The notes under the pieces were generated by a model, which was given only the letters and a program-made list of their open reading frames with translations, did no database searches and was not told the origin of the DNA. A program made the position numbers and the translations under genes. Shown here in pieces: positions 23,502 through 34,315 of a stretch of 64,000 nucleotides of DNA. The DNA comes from Zygnema circumcarinatum SAG 698-1b. Its lineage: Eukaryota; Plantae; Zygnematophyceae. The DNA lies in contig CM074804.1 in assembly GCA_037447605.1 (NCBI GenBank), forward strand, positions 5,247,909-5,311,908. Direction: 5' to 3'. The number at the start of each line of letters is the position of its first letter. The stretch's first letter is position 1.

Positions 23502-26500
23502 TGTTAGTGTTAGTGTGCTATAGTTAGACATAGTATGGGTTCACACTAACATTGTTGTGGTCCTCAGTTGGGAAACATGAGATCTGCTAATAGTAGTCCT
23601 AGGAAATATGGTCGGGCCAAATGTCGGTGGCCCGTACGCTTTTCGGGCGCGGAGAATGTCGGCGATGTCGGGCGAACCGCTGGGCCGTATCTTAGTGCGG
23701 TTCAAGGATTCTCGACGCAGGTCAATTACGGAGGAGACCGAAGCCGCCAGCCCACGCGGGACATGTGAATCCGGGCAAGGAAATGTGACGACGAGATAAA
23801 GACGACGGCGCTAATGTGTACGGCGCTATGAAATCAACATTGATGCTACAAGGGCGCGGACGCGTACGGACGGGCGGCGGAAGATTCGCGCTCGGACGGA
23901 CAACGAGCTCGGATGGGCGGCGGAACTGTACGGACGACCCGACTAGGTCGGCGCTGTCGTAGGTTTACGAAGGGCCGCAATGCTGGCTGTTGAACGCGTA
24001 CCTGGCTGCTGAACGCATGAGGGCGGCCGTGACGTGACATCGGTCAACTAGGAAGATGTCACGTAACACGGCCATGGCGGTATATAGGGTTTAGCCTTGT
24101 TATGAAGGATACCCACATTAGACTACTATAGTCCCCAAGTGGATCATTCTCGCGGGCTCCGCCGTGTTGCTGGGCTGCCCTCATTGTGCTCTAAAGGTAG
24201 TGAGTAAGGGGAGAAGTAGCTAGTGAGAGGGGGAGAACTTCATGTGGGTGACATTATTATTATAAAGGAGTTTTAGAGCCATGAGCTTTCTCCTATACTC
24301 TCTCTGCAGGTGATTTCCGGGCCGGGTGGCTCGCTCCCTCGCTCATTCCGTGAGTTATGGCCATGAGTGAAGTGAGATAGAGTGAGAGAGAGTGAAGATG
24401 TTCATCTAAGTGGGAACCGGAAGTTCTAATGGAGGGCCATTGACGCTGAGGTGGCGCGGGAGCAAATGGAAAGGTGATCCCGACTCCAACAAGTGGTATC
24501 GTGAGCCAATGGTGGCTTAATGGTGACCACGCGGAAGTTCGCGATTCCCGCGATTCGACGCGTCAAGACTACAAGGGGTGGAGATGGCGGCTGGTTCCTT
24601 TGCTCGTAAGTATGGACTGTTGACGCCAACGGGTAATTCATCAAGGCACCGGTGCTTACCGTGGAGGGAGCCACGGCGGAGCGCCAGCTGAACACGGCGG
24701 CGCCGCATGGAGTTATGACAACAAAGCGCTTCAACACCCAGATCGGCCATGAGTGTGAGGGGAAGTCCATCGTCCATGCTGTATGAACTCAAGACCTCAC
24801 ATGCTATGTGGAGGTGCTTAGAAGAGATGTATGATGTAAAGGATAACGTCACGATAGTGAGTCTTTACACGCAGCTTGGGAAGATGAAGATGACTTCGGA
24901 TGAGAATATATGGTCAAGTTTGATACCTTGATGGAGAGGTTCATAGCTCTACAGAAACCGTTAGAGAGTGACCATAAGATCAGCCAGTTCTTAGGGGGAT
25001 TGACCTCTAGATTTGATGTAGCAGTCGCAGCGCTTAGGACTGTCCTAACAAACTCGAAAATGACCCTTGAGCAAGTGAAGCGGAGGATCAAGGAGGAGGA
25101 CACCGTCCAAGACACCGGGAGCACCGAGGAGAAGGTGCTAGCGCTGCACTCACGACAAGACCGAAGAGGAGGTGCGCCGAAGCTGGACCGAAGAGAACGC
25201 CCTGCGGGAGCGTGCTACACGTGTGGCAAGACCGGCCACTACTCGGCAGACTGCTACAAGAACAAGAGTCCCCAAGATCGGGAGGGAGGAGGCCGCATTC
25301 GCAAGAAGGAGAAGAAAGGCTTCATGATTCCGCCCGCGCAAGAAGCGAGGTCGCTGCAAGAGCACCAATGCAGAGGTCGAATGAGACCAATCCGATGATG
25401 GCCGAAAAGGCCCGGCTGTTCCGGACACTTTTGTCGAAGATCCGTGTTCCCGATCCGCGGCCCCCGGGTTGATCGACTGCGCGCTTCCACACACATGTGT
25501 GTGCTGCATAGCGCATGTTCTCCACGTTGACACGCCGGAGAAGACTCGACCCGTTCACCGCAATCGAGAGGGAGTGACAAATAATGGCATGGAGTATAGC
25601 TTCTCAAGATGATTCTCTGAGATCTTCGCCTCACCATCTCAACAAGAGTGGTGAGGGAGTGAGCCGCTTGTGTATCGGTGATACTCCACACCTCGCAGCT
25701 GAAACAGTAACTTCATGTCCGTTAGCCAGCGCCAGCAGGGGTACGAGATCACGTTCAAAGTTATAGTTTCGCTAAGTTACTCACAAAGCAGCTGACGGGA
25801 AGCGGCCGCTTGAGGGGTAAGGAGAAGGGAGGCCTCAGATATTCTATTATAGAAGGACAGAGGGATGAAGATGTGATGGTCGTATAAACCGCCATAAATC
25901 TCGGCATCGTAGACTTGGACATCTTAACCATTTGGGGTTGCAAATGTATTGTCGCTAAGTGGGCCGGGTCCGCTGTTGACGTAGATACGGAGAAGCGAGC
26001 TCGCTTTGCAAGGAGTGTGTAGAGGGCGCGATCGAAACCATTCACAGGAGCCGAGAGGAGGCGCACTCATGCGCGAGTAAATCGGAGCTGTTCACACCCC
26101 ACTCAGGCCCCGCGGACACCGCAACGAGTGGAGGAGCTCGGTACTTCATCACTTTTCTCGATGATTTTTCGAGGAAAATTTGGGTGAAAATTTCAAGAAC
26201 AAGTCCAGGCTTCGAGCCTTCGTGAGACGCGTACTCGATGGCGCCGGCAGTGAGCGTGACGTAAACCCTGGGGCGACTCAAGGTCAGACAATCCGAGGGG
26301 AGTCAAGTCGGTGAGTTCGGGCGAAGTACCTCAAGACTCGCGGAATTAGGCATGAATTCTCTGGGCTCCCCTACTCCCCTCAAAGTAATGGAGCTGCCGT
26401 GAAAAGGGTAAATAGGATCTGTGACATGGCGCCGGACCATGCTCATATAGATTCTTCGGGAGAGGCGGTGATGACCGCGGCTTACCTTAGGAATAGATGC

Positions 26501-29500
26501 CCATCTTCTGTGCTCAAGGACCAGGTTCCTGAGGAGGTGTGGAGTGGGAGAAAGCCCACGGTTTCCCACCTGAAGGCTTTCGGAGCGCGCTGCTGGTCGA
26601 CAGTGCCGAAGGCGAGACAGAAGAGGAAGTTTGACCCGCGAGCCGTTGAAGGATATGTTCTCGGCTACAACATGGACAGTCGCACCTACAGGATTTGGAA
26701 CCCGCGAGCGAAGGAAGTGCAGAGCTCGAGGGACATCACGGTGGACGAGAAAGGGGCGGTGACACGGCTAGGTGAGACCCAGCCCCAAAGACAGATTGAG
26801 GATGTATGGTGACTGGAGACCAACTGAGAAGGCGCTGGAAGCCTCTCAAAGTCCCGTTGAGGAGATCGAAGATGCCGGAGAGCAAAGGAGCTTCTACTCT
26901 CGTGAGCAATGCCGTAACGCCGAGGCGAGGCTGAGTCGAACCCGGCGCCTGCTGTGTCGGAGAAATCGACTCCGAGACGGCCCCACTACACACACTCACC
27001 GCCGACGGTGAAGACTGCCCAAACTCACCTTTGCACCCGCGAGTCTCGAGGACTGGAGATGGCCGAGAGCCGATGAGGGCAGCGGGATGCCTCCGATTTG
27101 TTCCCCGAATCTTCTTCAACTCAGGAGGGAGAACGCTAGTGACCGCTGGAGGAGAGCACCTCGCGGTGGTGAGGAGGCTCAATCCATACAGCCGTCGTGC
27201 GGCAGACTAACCTCGGGATGCAGAGAGTAGTGCCTACGCGTGACTCCTCGCCGACCTCAAGAGAGGCTGCCCATCGCTACGATCACCCAGCCCAAACCTT
27301 CGAGGAGGCTCACGATGGGGTCGCATGGAGCCGGGCGGCGAAGCAGCGACGATACGAGTGGAATAGTCTGGATAGAGAACCCAGACGCGGGCGACCGGAG
27401 AAGCCGCCAAGGGAAGTTGTGTAACTAACCCCGCCAAGCAGCCAGGTTCTAACTCGACCTCCCCAAGATTCACCAAGTGCTTTTTACCATTAAAAGGCAA
27501 ATCATGGATGTAAGTACTGGCCATACAACCCATGTAGCTGCCACATCTCTCCCCACCTAAACCGGGCTCGTCCTCGAGCGCAGTCAAGGTTTTTCACGAG
27601 CAGCGTTCAAGCTCCTTCAACACATGCTCAAATATACCGCTCACCCTTCAGCCAACCGGCATTCATGCTCGCAGATCACGGTGCTTTTAGTGGTGGATTG
27701 CAAAATACCAGTCCTTAGGCTCTCGATATCATCGTGACGAACCCTCGCCGCGAAGCAGGTTCAACTCGTGGACCCCCGTGGGTATTCACCTAAAGCTGTT
27801 TTACCATTAAAAGGCAACCGCTGATGGGGTACTCGGCCATACAACCCATGTATAGCGTTTCGCTACAGAAGGAGAGCCATTGGATGCAAGTGGGTGTTCA
27901 AGGTGAAGTTTAAAGGCGGACGAGTGTCGACCGCTAAGAAGGCGCCGGCCGGTGCTATGGGCTACGTAAGCGCTGAATCGACTACACGAGACTTTCACCG
28001 TGGTGAAGTTTAACCCCTCCGCGTCTCTAATCTCGCCATCGCGCAAATGGCCGAGGGGATGCATGTCCATCGCTAGATATCAAGACCGGCTAAGTTAGGT
28101 AATGGAGATTCACAGGAGATCTACATGGAGCAGCCCGGCGGAAAGTTGTCCCGGGCAGAGCATCTCGTCTGCTGCCTAGTGAAGAGTCTGCACGGATCAG
28201 CAGCACCCGTGATCCGCACGAAGATTGACGATCTTCTGAGGAGAAACGGATTTGCGCGCTTTGAGACGGATCATTCCGTCTACCGACAAGGAGAGGAGGG
28301 AGATCTCATGTACCTTGGGATCTACGTGGATGACCTCATTAGTGCTGAAAGTCCTCACCGGAGTAGAATCAATGATTCAAGAAGCTTTTGCAAGTTAACT
28401 TCCAAATGCGTCGATCTAGGGAGGCTAAAGTATCTCCCTCGGGAATACAAATTTCGAAGAGGGGGGCAGGACGAAGTCCTTAAGTCGGCGAAGTACGCCA
28501 AGTGGATGCATTCTTGCGAGACTAATATGGAGGAGTGCGTATCGCGGCAATTGGAACAGCCCTGGGATGGAGAGATCGGGCGCGAGATTGTCGGCGATAT
28601 GGAGCTCCCGCGACGGACGCTGAGGTCACCGCATACCGAGTGCCGCATGTGACCAAGCATCGAAGTTTAATGTACCTACGATTGGTACTCGACCGGGATT
28701 CTGCTAAGGCCGCGAGCGCCGCGAAGTCGGTTCATGCGGGAGAATCCCGGCCCCTCGGCATTGGGAGGTCAGAAAAGCGAATTTTTTCGCTCGCATTCGT
28801 GACCCCCGTGTACTGGATTCGCTACGAGAGAGGGTCGCATCGTGAAAGGATCGGATACACCGACTCGACCGGGAGGTGACGCGGGACATCGCGACGACTC
28901 CTCCTCCGGATTTGCTTACTCCTCGAACGCTAGGAGCTTATCTCATGGAGCTCGGCTGTGGATTCGCGTTGCGCTGCCTAGCACCGGCTGGGCGAAGTAC
29001 ATGGGAGCATGTCACTAAAATAAGGAGGGAAAGCTTGGTTCCCAACATTTCTTGATGAGTGTAAGAGGCCACAACGCCCCTTGACTTTGTTCACGGATAA
29101 TCACGTCCATACTCTTGCTGAAAAACCCCGGTTTCATAATATATCGTGCCACACAGAGCACAATACCATTATGTGCGAGAATTAGTAGAGGAGGGGATGA
29201 TTGTTGTGAAGTTCGTGGGGACGAAGGAGCAGGCTGCGGATATGTTGACTAAGGGAGTTAGCGGGGAGACACTACTAGTGAATAGCAGACTCATTGGGCT
29301 AGGGCCCATGAGGAACTGAGTCCCAAGAGGGGGATTGTTAGTGTTAGTGTGCTATAGTTAGACATAGTATGGGTTCACACTACCATTGTTGTGGTCCCCG
29401 CTTGGGAAACATGAGATTCAAGCAATAGTAGTCCTGTGAAATATGGTCGGCCAATGTCGTCTGCATCGATTTTCGCGCGAGAATGTCGGCGATGTTCCGC

Positions 29501-30018
29501 TGAACCGCGCCAGACCCTTAGTGCGTCTCATGGACTCGACGGGTCAACTACGGAGGAGACCGAGTCAGTACCACGCGGGACGATGAACGCGCTGAAATGA
29601 CGACGAGATAAGTTGTCGCGACTCGCCGCCACGTGTACGGGCGGCTAATCGAATACGCGGGCGCGACGCCGCATCGACGGGCGCGCGAAGATAAGGCTCT
29701 GACGACAAATCCAGCCTCGATGGGCGGCGAACCTGCATTTTACTCACCCGACTAGGCTCAAGATCGGGCGCAGGGGTTTACCGTGCGTAAAGACCGCCAA
29801 TGCTGGCCGTTGAACGCCGCACCTGGCTGCCGCATCCATGAGGGTGGCCGTGACGTGACATCGGTCAACTAGGAAGATGTCACGTAACACGGCCATGGCG
29901 GTATATAGGGTTTAGCCTTGTTATGAAGGATACCCACATTAGACTACTGTAGTCCCGTGACTTATTCTGTGCCTGCTCGTGTTGCTGGGCTGCCCTGCTT
30001 GTGTCGCAAGGTAGTGAG
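23502..30018 (+). mobile_element. Decayed Ty1/copia retrotransposon: 5' LTR 23502-~24350, 3' LTR 29336-~30018 (truncated)
   Basis: Both LTRs begin TGTTAGTGTTAGTGTGCTATAG; PPT AAGAGGGGGAT before 29336; PBS-like GTTATGGCC (24354-24362) resembles the GGTTATGGGCCC half-tRNA-iMet PBS. Gag UBN2-like region with CYTCGKTGHYSADC; integrase PEEVWSGRKPTVSHLKAFG...KFDPRA; RT IGCKWVFKVK, YMEQP, YVDDL; copia order IN-RT-RH; many frameshifts. Confidence 0.9.
27420..27867 (-). mobile_element. Second, diverged copy of the TRIM, inserted in the copia RT
   Basis: Contains TTACCATTAAAAGGCAA twice, the internal block CCCCACCTAAACCGGGCTCGTCCTCGAGCGCA..CAAGGTTTTTCACGAGCAGCGTTCAAGCTCCTTCAACACATG and the TATAGCGTTTCGCTACA end; it interrupts RT just upstream of IGCKW. 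No clean TSD. Confidence 0.8.
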
Positions 30019-31432
30019 ATTCTTGACAGTTATCTTGTTAAGTGCCCGATAGTCAATGCACATACGCAAAGAACCATCTTTCTTCCCCACGAAGAGGATT
30101 GGAGCGCCGAACGGACTCTGGCTGGGTTCAATCCAACCTTTGTCTCTCAAATTTGAGAGTTGCTTTCGCATCTCTTCGGTCTCCTTGGGACTTAACCGAT
30201 NNNNNNNNNNTGTGCCTCATCATGAATATCTTCCGTAGTATCCATAACTTGTACCAAAAACAAAGTACAACCTGCCTTAACCGCTTTAGCCAATTGCATA
30301 GCCGAGCAAAGAAAAGGTGTATCAGACTGCTCAACGGCAGCTGACGTTGTAATGCCTGGACGCAAAGTTATCCGTCGTGCACCACAACGCAAAACACAAG
30401 TTGGTATGGAAAAATCCAGCTGAGCCTTGACCATAACTAACCACTGATTGCCCAGAACAATATCTGTGCCAGGAGCCAGAATAGTGACAAAGCACTCAAT
30501 CTGTCCTGTGTATGTCTGAATTTTCAGACGTGTGGTTAAGGTTCCAAGGATTTGGCCTTGTCTACCATCACCAAAAGTCACTACTTTGGTGAGAGGGGAG
30601 ATCGGCAAACCAACAAGTTTCACAAATGCAGAACTAATAAAGTTAGAATCTGCACCTGAATCAAGGAGAACCACTGCGGAAGTGCCGCCAACGACTCCCT
30701 GAAAAGTCATTGCACGGTGTGCTTGGTGAAAGAGTGATCGTAATACGTTCAATGATGAAGATCGTAACGTCCTCCCAATCAAAGGATAAGGTGTGTCAAT
30801 CAACGTATTAGTAGCAGAATCCACCCAAAGCAACATGGGATATCCTTTTTGCCAGACCTTAACTAACCTCCAGTTAGTATGGCTAAAAGTCCCAATAGAT
30901 GCATGTAGAGGCATTAACACATGCAACGCCGAAACATGATTAGTGGTTCGTTGTAAACGTAAAACATCAAATGTGCAATCAATAAGAGATACATCACCTG
31001 AAGGATTCAAAATCCAAACAGCAAAATGCTCTCCCTTCATTACAACATTCATGAAAGATTCAGGAGTCACGATTAGGGAAACTGAAAATGGAATCACATT
31101 CAAATGTTCAGGACACAAAGTCACAAACAAATCATGTGCATCCGGCTGTCTGCCCATTATATTCAGAATCTCTAGAGGTTGTGGTACAAGCAAGCCTCTA
31201 GAACTAATGGCAGCAGCTACCATTCCCAATCTAACTTCTCCACCCGCAGCGACTCCTACACTGCTGGTGGCGGGCCATTTTCCGGCCCTTTTCCCTTCTT
31301 GTCCTTAATGCTCTGTGGACAATCCTTCGCCATATGGCTAGACTGTCGGCATCGGAAACATTTCCCTTCTTTCTTCAGCTTCTCCGCTTCTTGCGGGGTT
31401 AATTTCTGCGTCTTTGCAGAAGGCTGAGATGT

Positions 31433-31891
31433 TGTAACACACCCGACCTCAGCAGGGTTTGAACACAAGACCTCCCGGTACCCACACCAGTGCTTTACCA
31501 TTAAAAGGCAACCGCGGATGTAAGTACTAGGCCATACAACACATGTATAGCGTTTCGCTACATTCCTCCCCACCTAAACCGGGCTCGTCCTCGAGCGCAC
31601 TCAAGGTTTTTCACGAGCAGCGTTCAAGCTCCTTCAACACATGGACTACGGCCCTAGCCCCTCAGGCCACTAGGGGGACCGGACCCCGTAGCATGCTCAG
31701 AGATCTTGGTGATTTTTTGGGTGCGCTTCCTACTGATTTGCTATTATGCTCTTGATACCAATGTAACAAACCCGACCTCAGCAGGGTTTGAACACAAGAC
31801 CTCCCGGTACCCACACCAGTGCTTTACCATTAAAAGGCAACCGCGGATGTAAGTACTAGGCCATACAACACATGTATAGCGTTTCGCTACA
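31433..31891 (-). mobile_element. Intact 459-bp TRIM (terminal-repeat retrotransposon in miniature)
   Basis: LTRs 31433-31562 and 31762-31891 (130 bp, one mismatch); PBS TGGTATCAAGAGCAT (31746-31760); PPT GGTGGGGAGGAA (31563-31574); exact 5-bp TSD GATGT at 31428-31432 and 31892-31896; no internal ORF. Confidence 0.95.
31771..31844 (-). ncRNA. tRNA-like module inside the TRIM LTR (second copy at ~31442-31515); not a functional tRNA
   Basis: Minus strand GCGGTTGCCTTTTAATGGTAAAGCA-CTGGT-GTGGGT-ACCGG-GAGGTC-TTGT-GTTCAAACC-CTGC: D-loop-like TGGTAAAGC, pairable anticodon stem, AGGTC variable loop and exact B-box GTTCRANNC. T-stem and acceptor stem do not pair. Confidence 0.55.
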
Positions 31892-33006
31892 GATGTAGAA
31901 GTCGCCATCGACTTCCGCTTCTGTAGGTTCACTCCCTTAGGCTTCGGTAATGAGGGAAAGGGCTTCCGTTCTGCCTCTGAAGGTAGGGGACGAGAAGGCC
32001 CAGCTCCACCGCCGGAAAGGGAATCCGCCTGTAAGGCCGCCGCATAGAAGAATTCTGCATCCACAGGCTCCCAAGGTTGAGATGTGCGTGAATTCAATCG
32101 CAGTTCCTTCTTCAAATGTGGCTTCAAACCAAGCCAGAAATGAAAAAACACTTCTGCATCAGTAGGACGATGTGTCTTCATGAGTGACACCGTCATACGA
32201 AGATCCCGTAAGAACTTCTTGGCACTACCCGTTTGTACCATACGGTGGTACCTCTCACGAGCTTCCATTTCAGGATTCAGAACCCCGAAATGACGTTGAA
32301 GTTGTTGGTGCAAGGGGCCCAGAGGGCAGACTTCAAGGAAGGGATAAGTACATGCCCGGATGAAGATCAAAACTTTCTTCAACTTCCACTTGGGCCACAT
32401 ACCGCTTCCTCCACGATCTGCCTTCCATCCACCCCTTGCCAAGTGCGCACAGCGGAAAACTAAAAGCGACACCTACAAGAACACTTCAACTCCTTCATGG
32501 TCTCGGCTCCTCAAGTCCACGCTCCTTCAATGATCTCCTCGTGTGGAGCAACACACCGCCCATACAATGGCTGCCTCCACTCATCCACCACGTCAATCCA
32601 ACACGAGGACTCACATGACAAATGATGCAGTAATAAGGAGAAAGCCCACGGCCATAAAACTCCTTAAACTTCAAGAGTGTAATACAAGCTCTTTAGGAAA
32701 TCTACATAATCCCTTATGCTAGATTCTCCTCCTTACATGAGCACTATCCTATTCTCATAGATAGCCTACACCCCAACTGCAGTAGCCAGGCACTAACTGC
32801 CTCCTTGAACTCCTCCTCCACCTCAACACATGAGGGACACACCATCTAACTTCATTACTAAAGCTTAGCATGATGAGAGCTAGTTCTCACGACCTTCGTA
32901 CACAAGGCCGGACTCCTCTACGCCTCAACCTCTGCTTGCTCTTCCTAAACAACCAACGACAGAGCAGCATTACATTCAGAGAGAGTTGAGCTTGAGNNNN
33001 NNNNNN

Positions 33007-34315
33007 TTTCAGGACGTTCTCCCCAAGGTGAAATAGGGGTAACTTTGGCCCGATTTCTCGACGACCAATCTCGAGGAGGGACTAAGGGACCGGATCCCGA
33101 TCCGGGAAGTCCTCCATCACCAGAGGGTGATCCCGAAGGGGAACCACCACCATTGGAAGGTGTGCCACCCCCGTCCGGGTGACTTCCCCCCGTTGACGAG
33201 GTAGAGGGTCTTGAGGTTCTTCCGCTGCTAGAAACAGCCGGTTGGGTCACAGTTTTCGTGACATTTGACGGTGCTAACACAGCAACTCCCCCAGACGGAA
33301 CCTTCTCTGCCTCAACGGCTGCGGCTTGGGGATTGGTGGGCATACCTCTTGCAGCCGTCAGATTCTTCATGGCGAGCGTCAAGTCTCCTCGTAAATCCGC
33401 GCAGAGCTTGTCCATCTTCTTCTGAACGTTGCGCCCCAACTGCGCCATCTCCTGTCGTTGGGTCACAAGAAGAGTCTCGTATTGACCAATCTTGGCCTGA
33501 ACTCCTCGCACGTCCTTCTGAAGATTCAGGGCTGCTCCTGCCGTAATGTTCGTCTCAGCCACAGGTGGTGGTGGTGGATCATTCTGAATGGGTGCAGGAG
33601 GTGCTTGCTCTAGACTACTGCAAGGAGACGGACTATAATCGATGAGGGAAGGACCCCGCAACTCTACAGGCGCTTCTTCCTCTTGGTTCTCTTCCATAAG
33701 ATGATCCTCTTCAGGGCTGGGCGGAGGGTCCGGAAAGGCCACCATCGAATGAGCAACTTCTTACAAAAAGAAACCAGGCTCTGATACCAAATGTAACAAG
33801 CCTTGAGCTCCAAGCCCAAAACCTGCTAGAGACTAAGTCACATGAATGTATAATGCTGGTTTCCAGAGTGTATGCAAGTGCCGCATCTCTGATACAATTG
33901 CATACGCTCCACGCCCCTTTATACGCTCCCCCCATCGAACCCTCTACCAGCGTGAGGGACCGGGAGCAGGGCTAGCCAATAGCAAAATGCCATGTGGCCA
34001 ACATTGGAAAAAGTCAACGACCTTTCATTGCCGCTAGCTGAGTCCAATATACGTACACGACGAACCACGCCGCACGAGATTGGATCGCGCGCCCTTGACG
34101 AACGCGACACGTCGCGTTGAAAAGTCCCCGACAGTCCGTACCATCCGTACCGTCCGTACAGATGCGTACGGATCCGTACGCCTGAGCGGTACGGTTGTAC
34201 GGGGGCCTTGTACGGCCGAACCGCACAATTAATCTCCAGAATGCCGGCGGCATTATGGTAACGGTCTCCATGACGCGCAGGGCATCATGGTGTCTGTAGC
34301 GTTCAGTTCGCTACA
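33007..34315 (-). mobile_element. Gypsy element D: 5' LTR (33792-34315), PBS (33777-33789) and gag N-terminus (33745-33007)
   Basis: LTR TGTAGCGAACTGAACGCTACA...CTTGTTACA; PBS TGGTATCAGAGCC; gag shares GGSHPxGGG and RNRAKV motifs with element A gag. Confidence 0.88.

Larger units (their letters stand above)
30020..32996 (-). mobile_element. Gypsy element C: leader, gag (interrupted by the TRIM), CCHC knuckle, extra domain, protease and RT start
   Basis: Retrotrans_gag-like MEARERYHRMVQTGSAKKF; CFRCRQSSHMAKDC; VLLDSGADSNFIS; [33 protein letters not shown]-gap at 30201-30210. Confidence 0.92.

Noticed and set aside
24270-24283. GTTTTAGAGCCATG resembles the start of the Streptococcus Cas9 CRISPR repeat
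   Set aside because: Single short match within an LTR; no array, spacers or cas genes.
31256-31305. G GGA AAA slippery heptamer plus GGGCC/GGCCC hairpin in the short gag/pol (-1) overlap of element C, suggesting a programmed frameshift
   Set aside because: There is no spacer before the hairpin and the homologous site in element A reads GGC AAA; mutational decay explains it as well.
31771-31844. A functional tRNA gene
   Set aside because: Acceptor and T stems do not pair and the anticodon loop is 6 nt; kept only as a tRNA-like module.
18271-34315. One giant intact LTR retrotransposon
   Set aside because: The outer LTRs differ beyond the first 7-9 nt, the flanks (ATAAC versus CTAAG) are not a TSD, and internal parts come from several elements separated by gaps.
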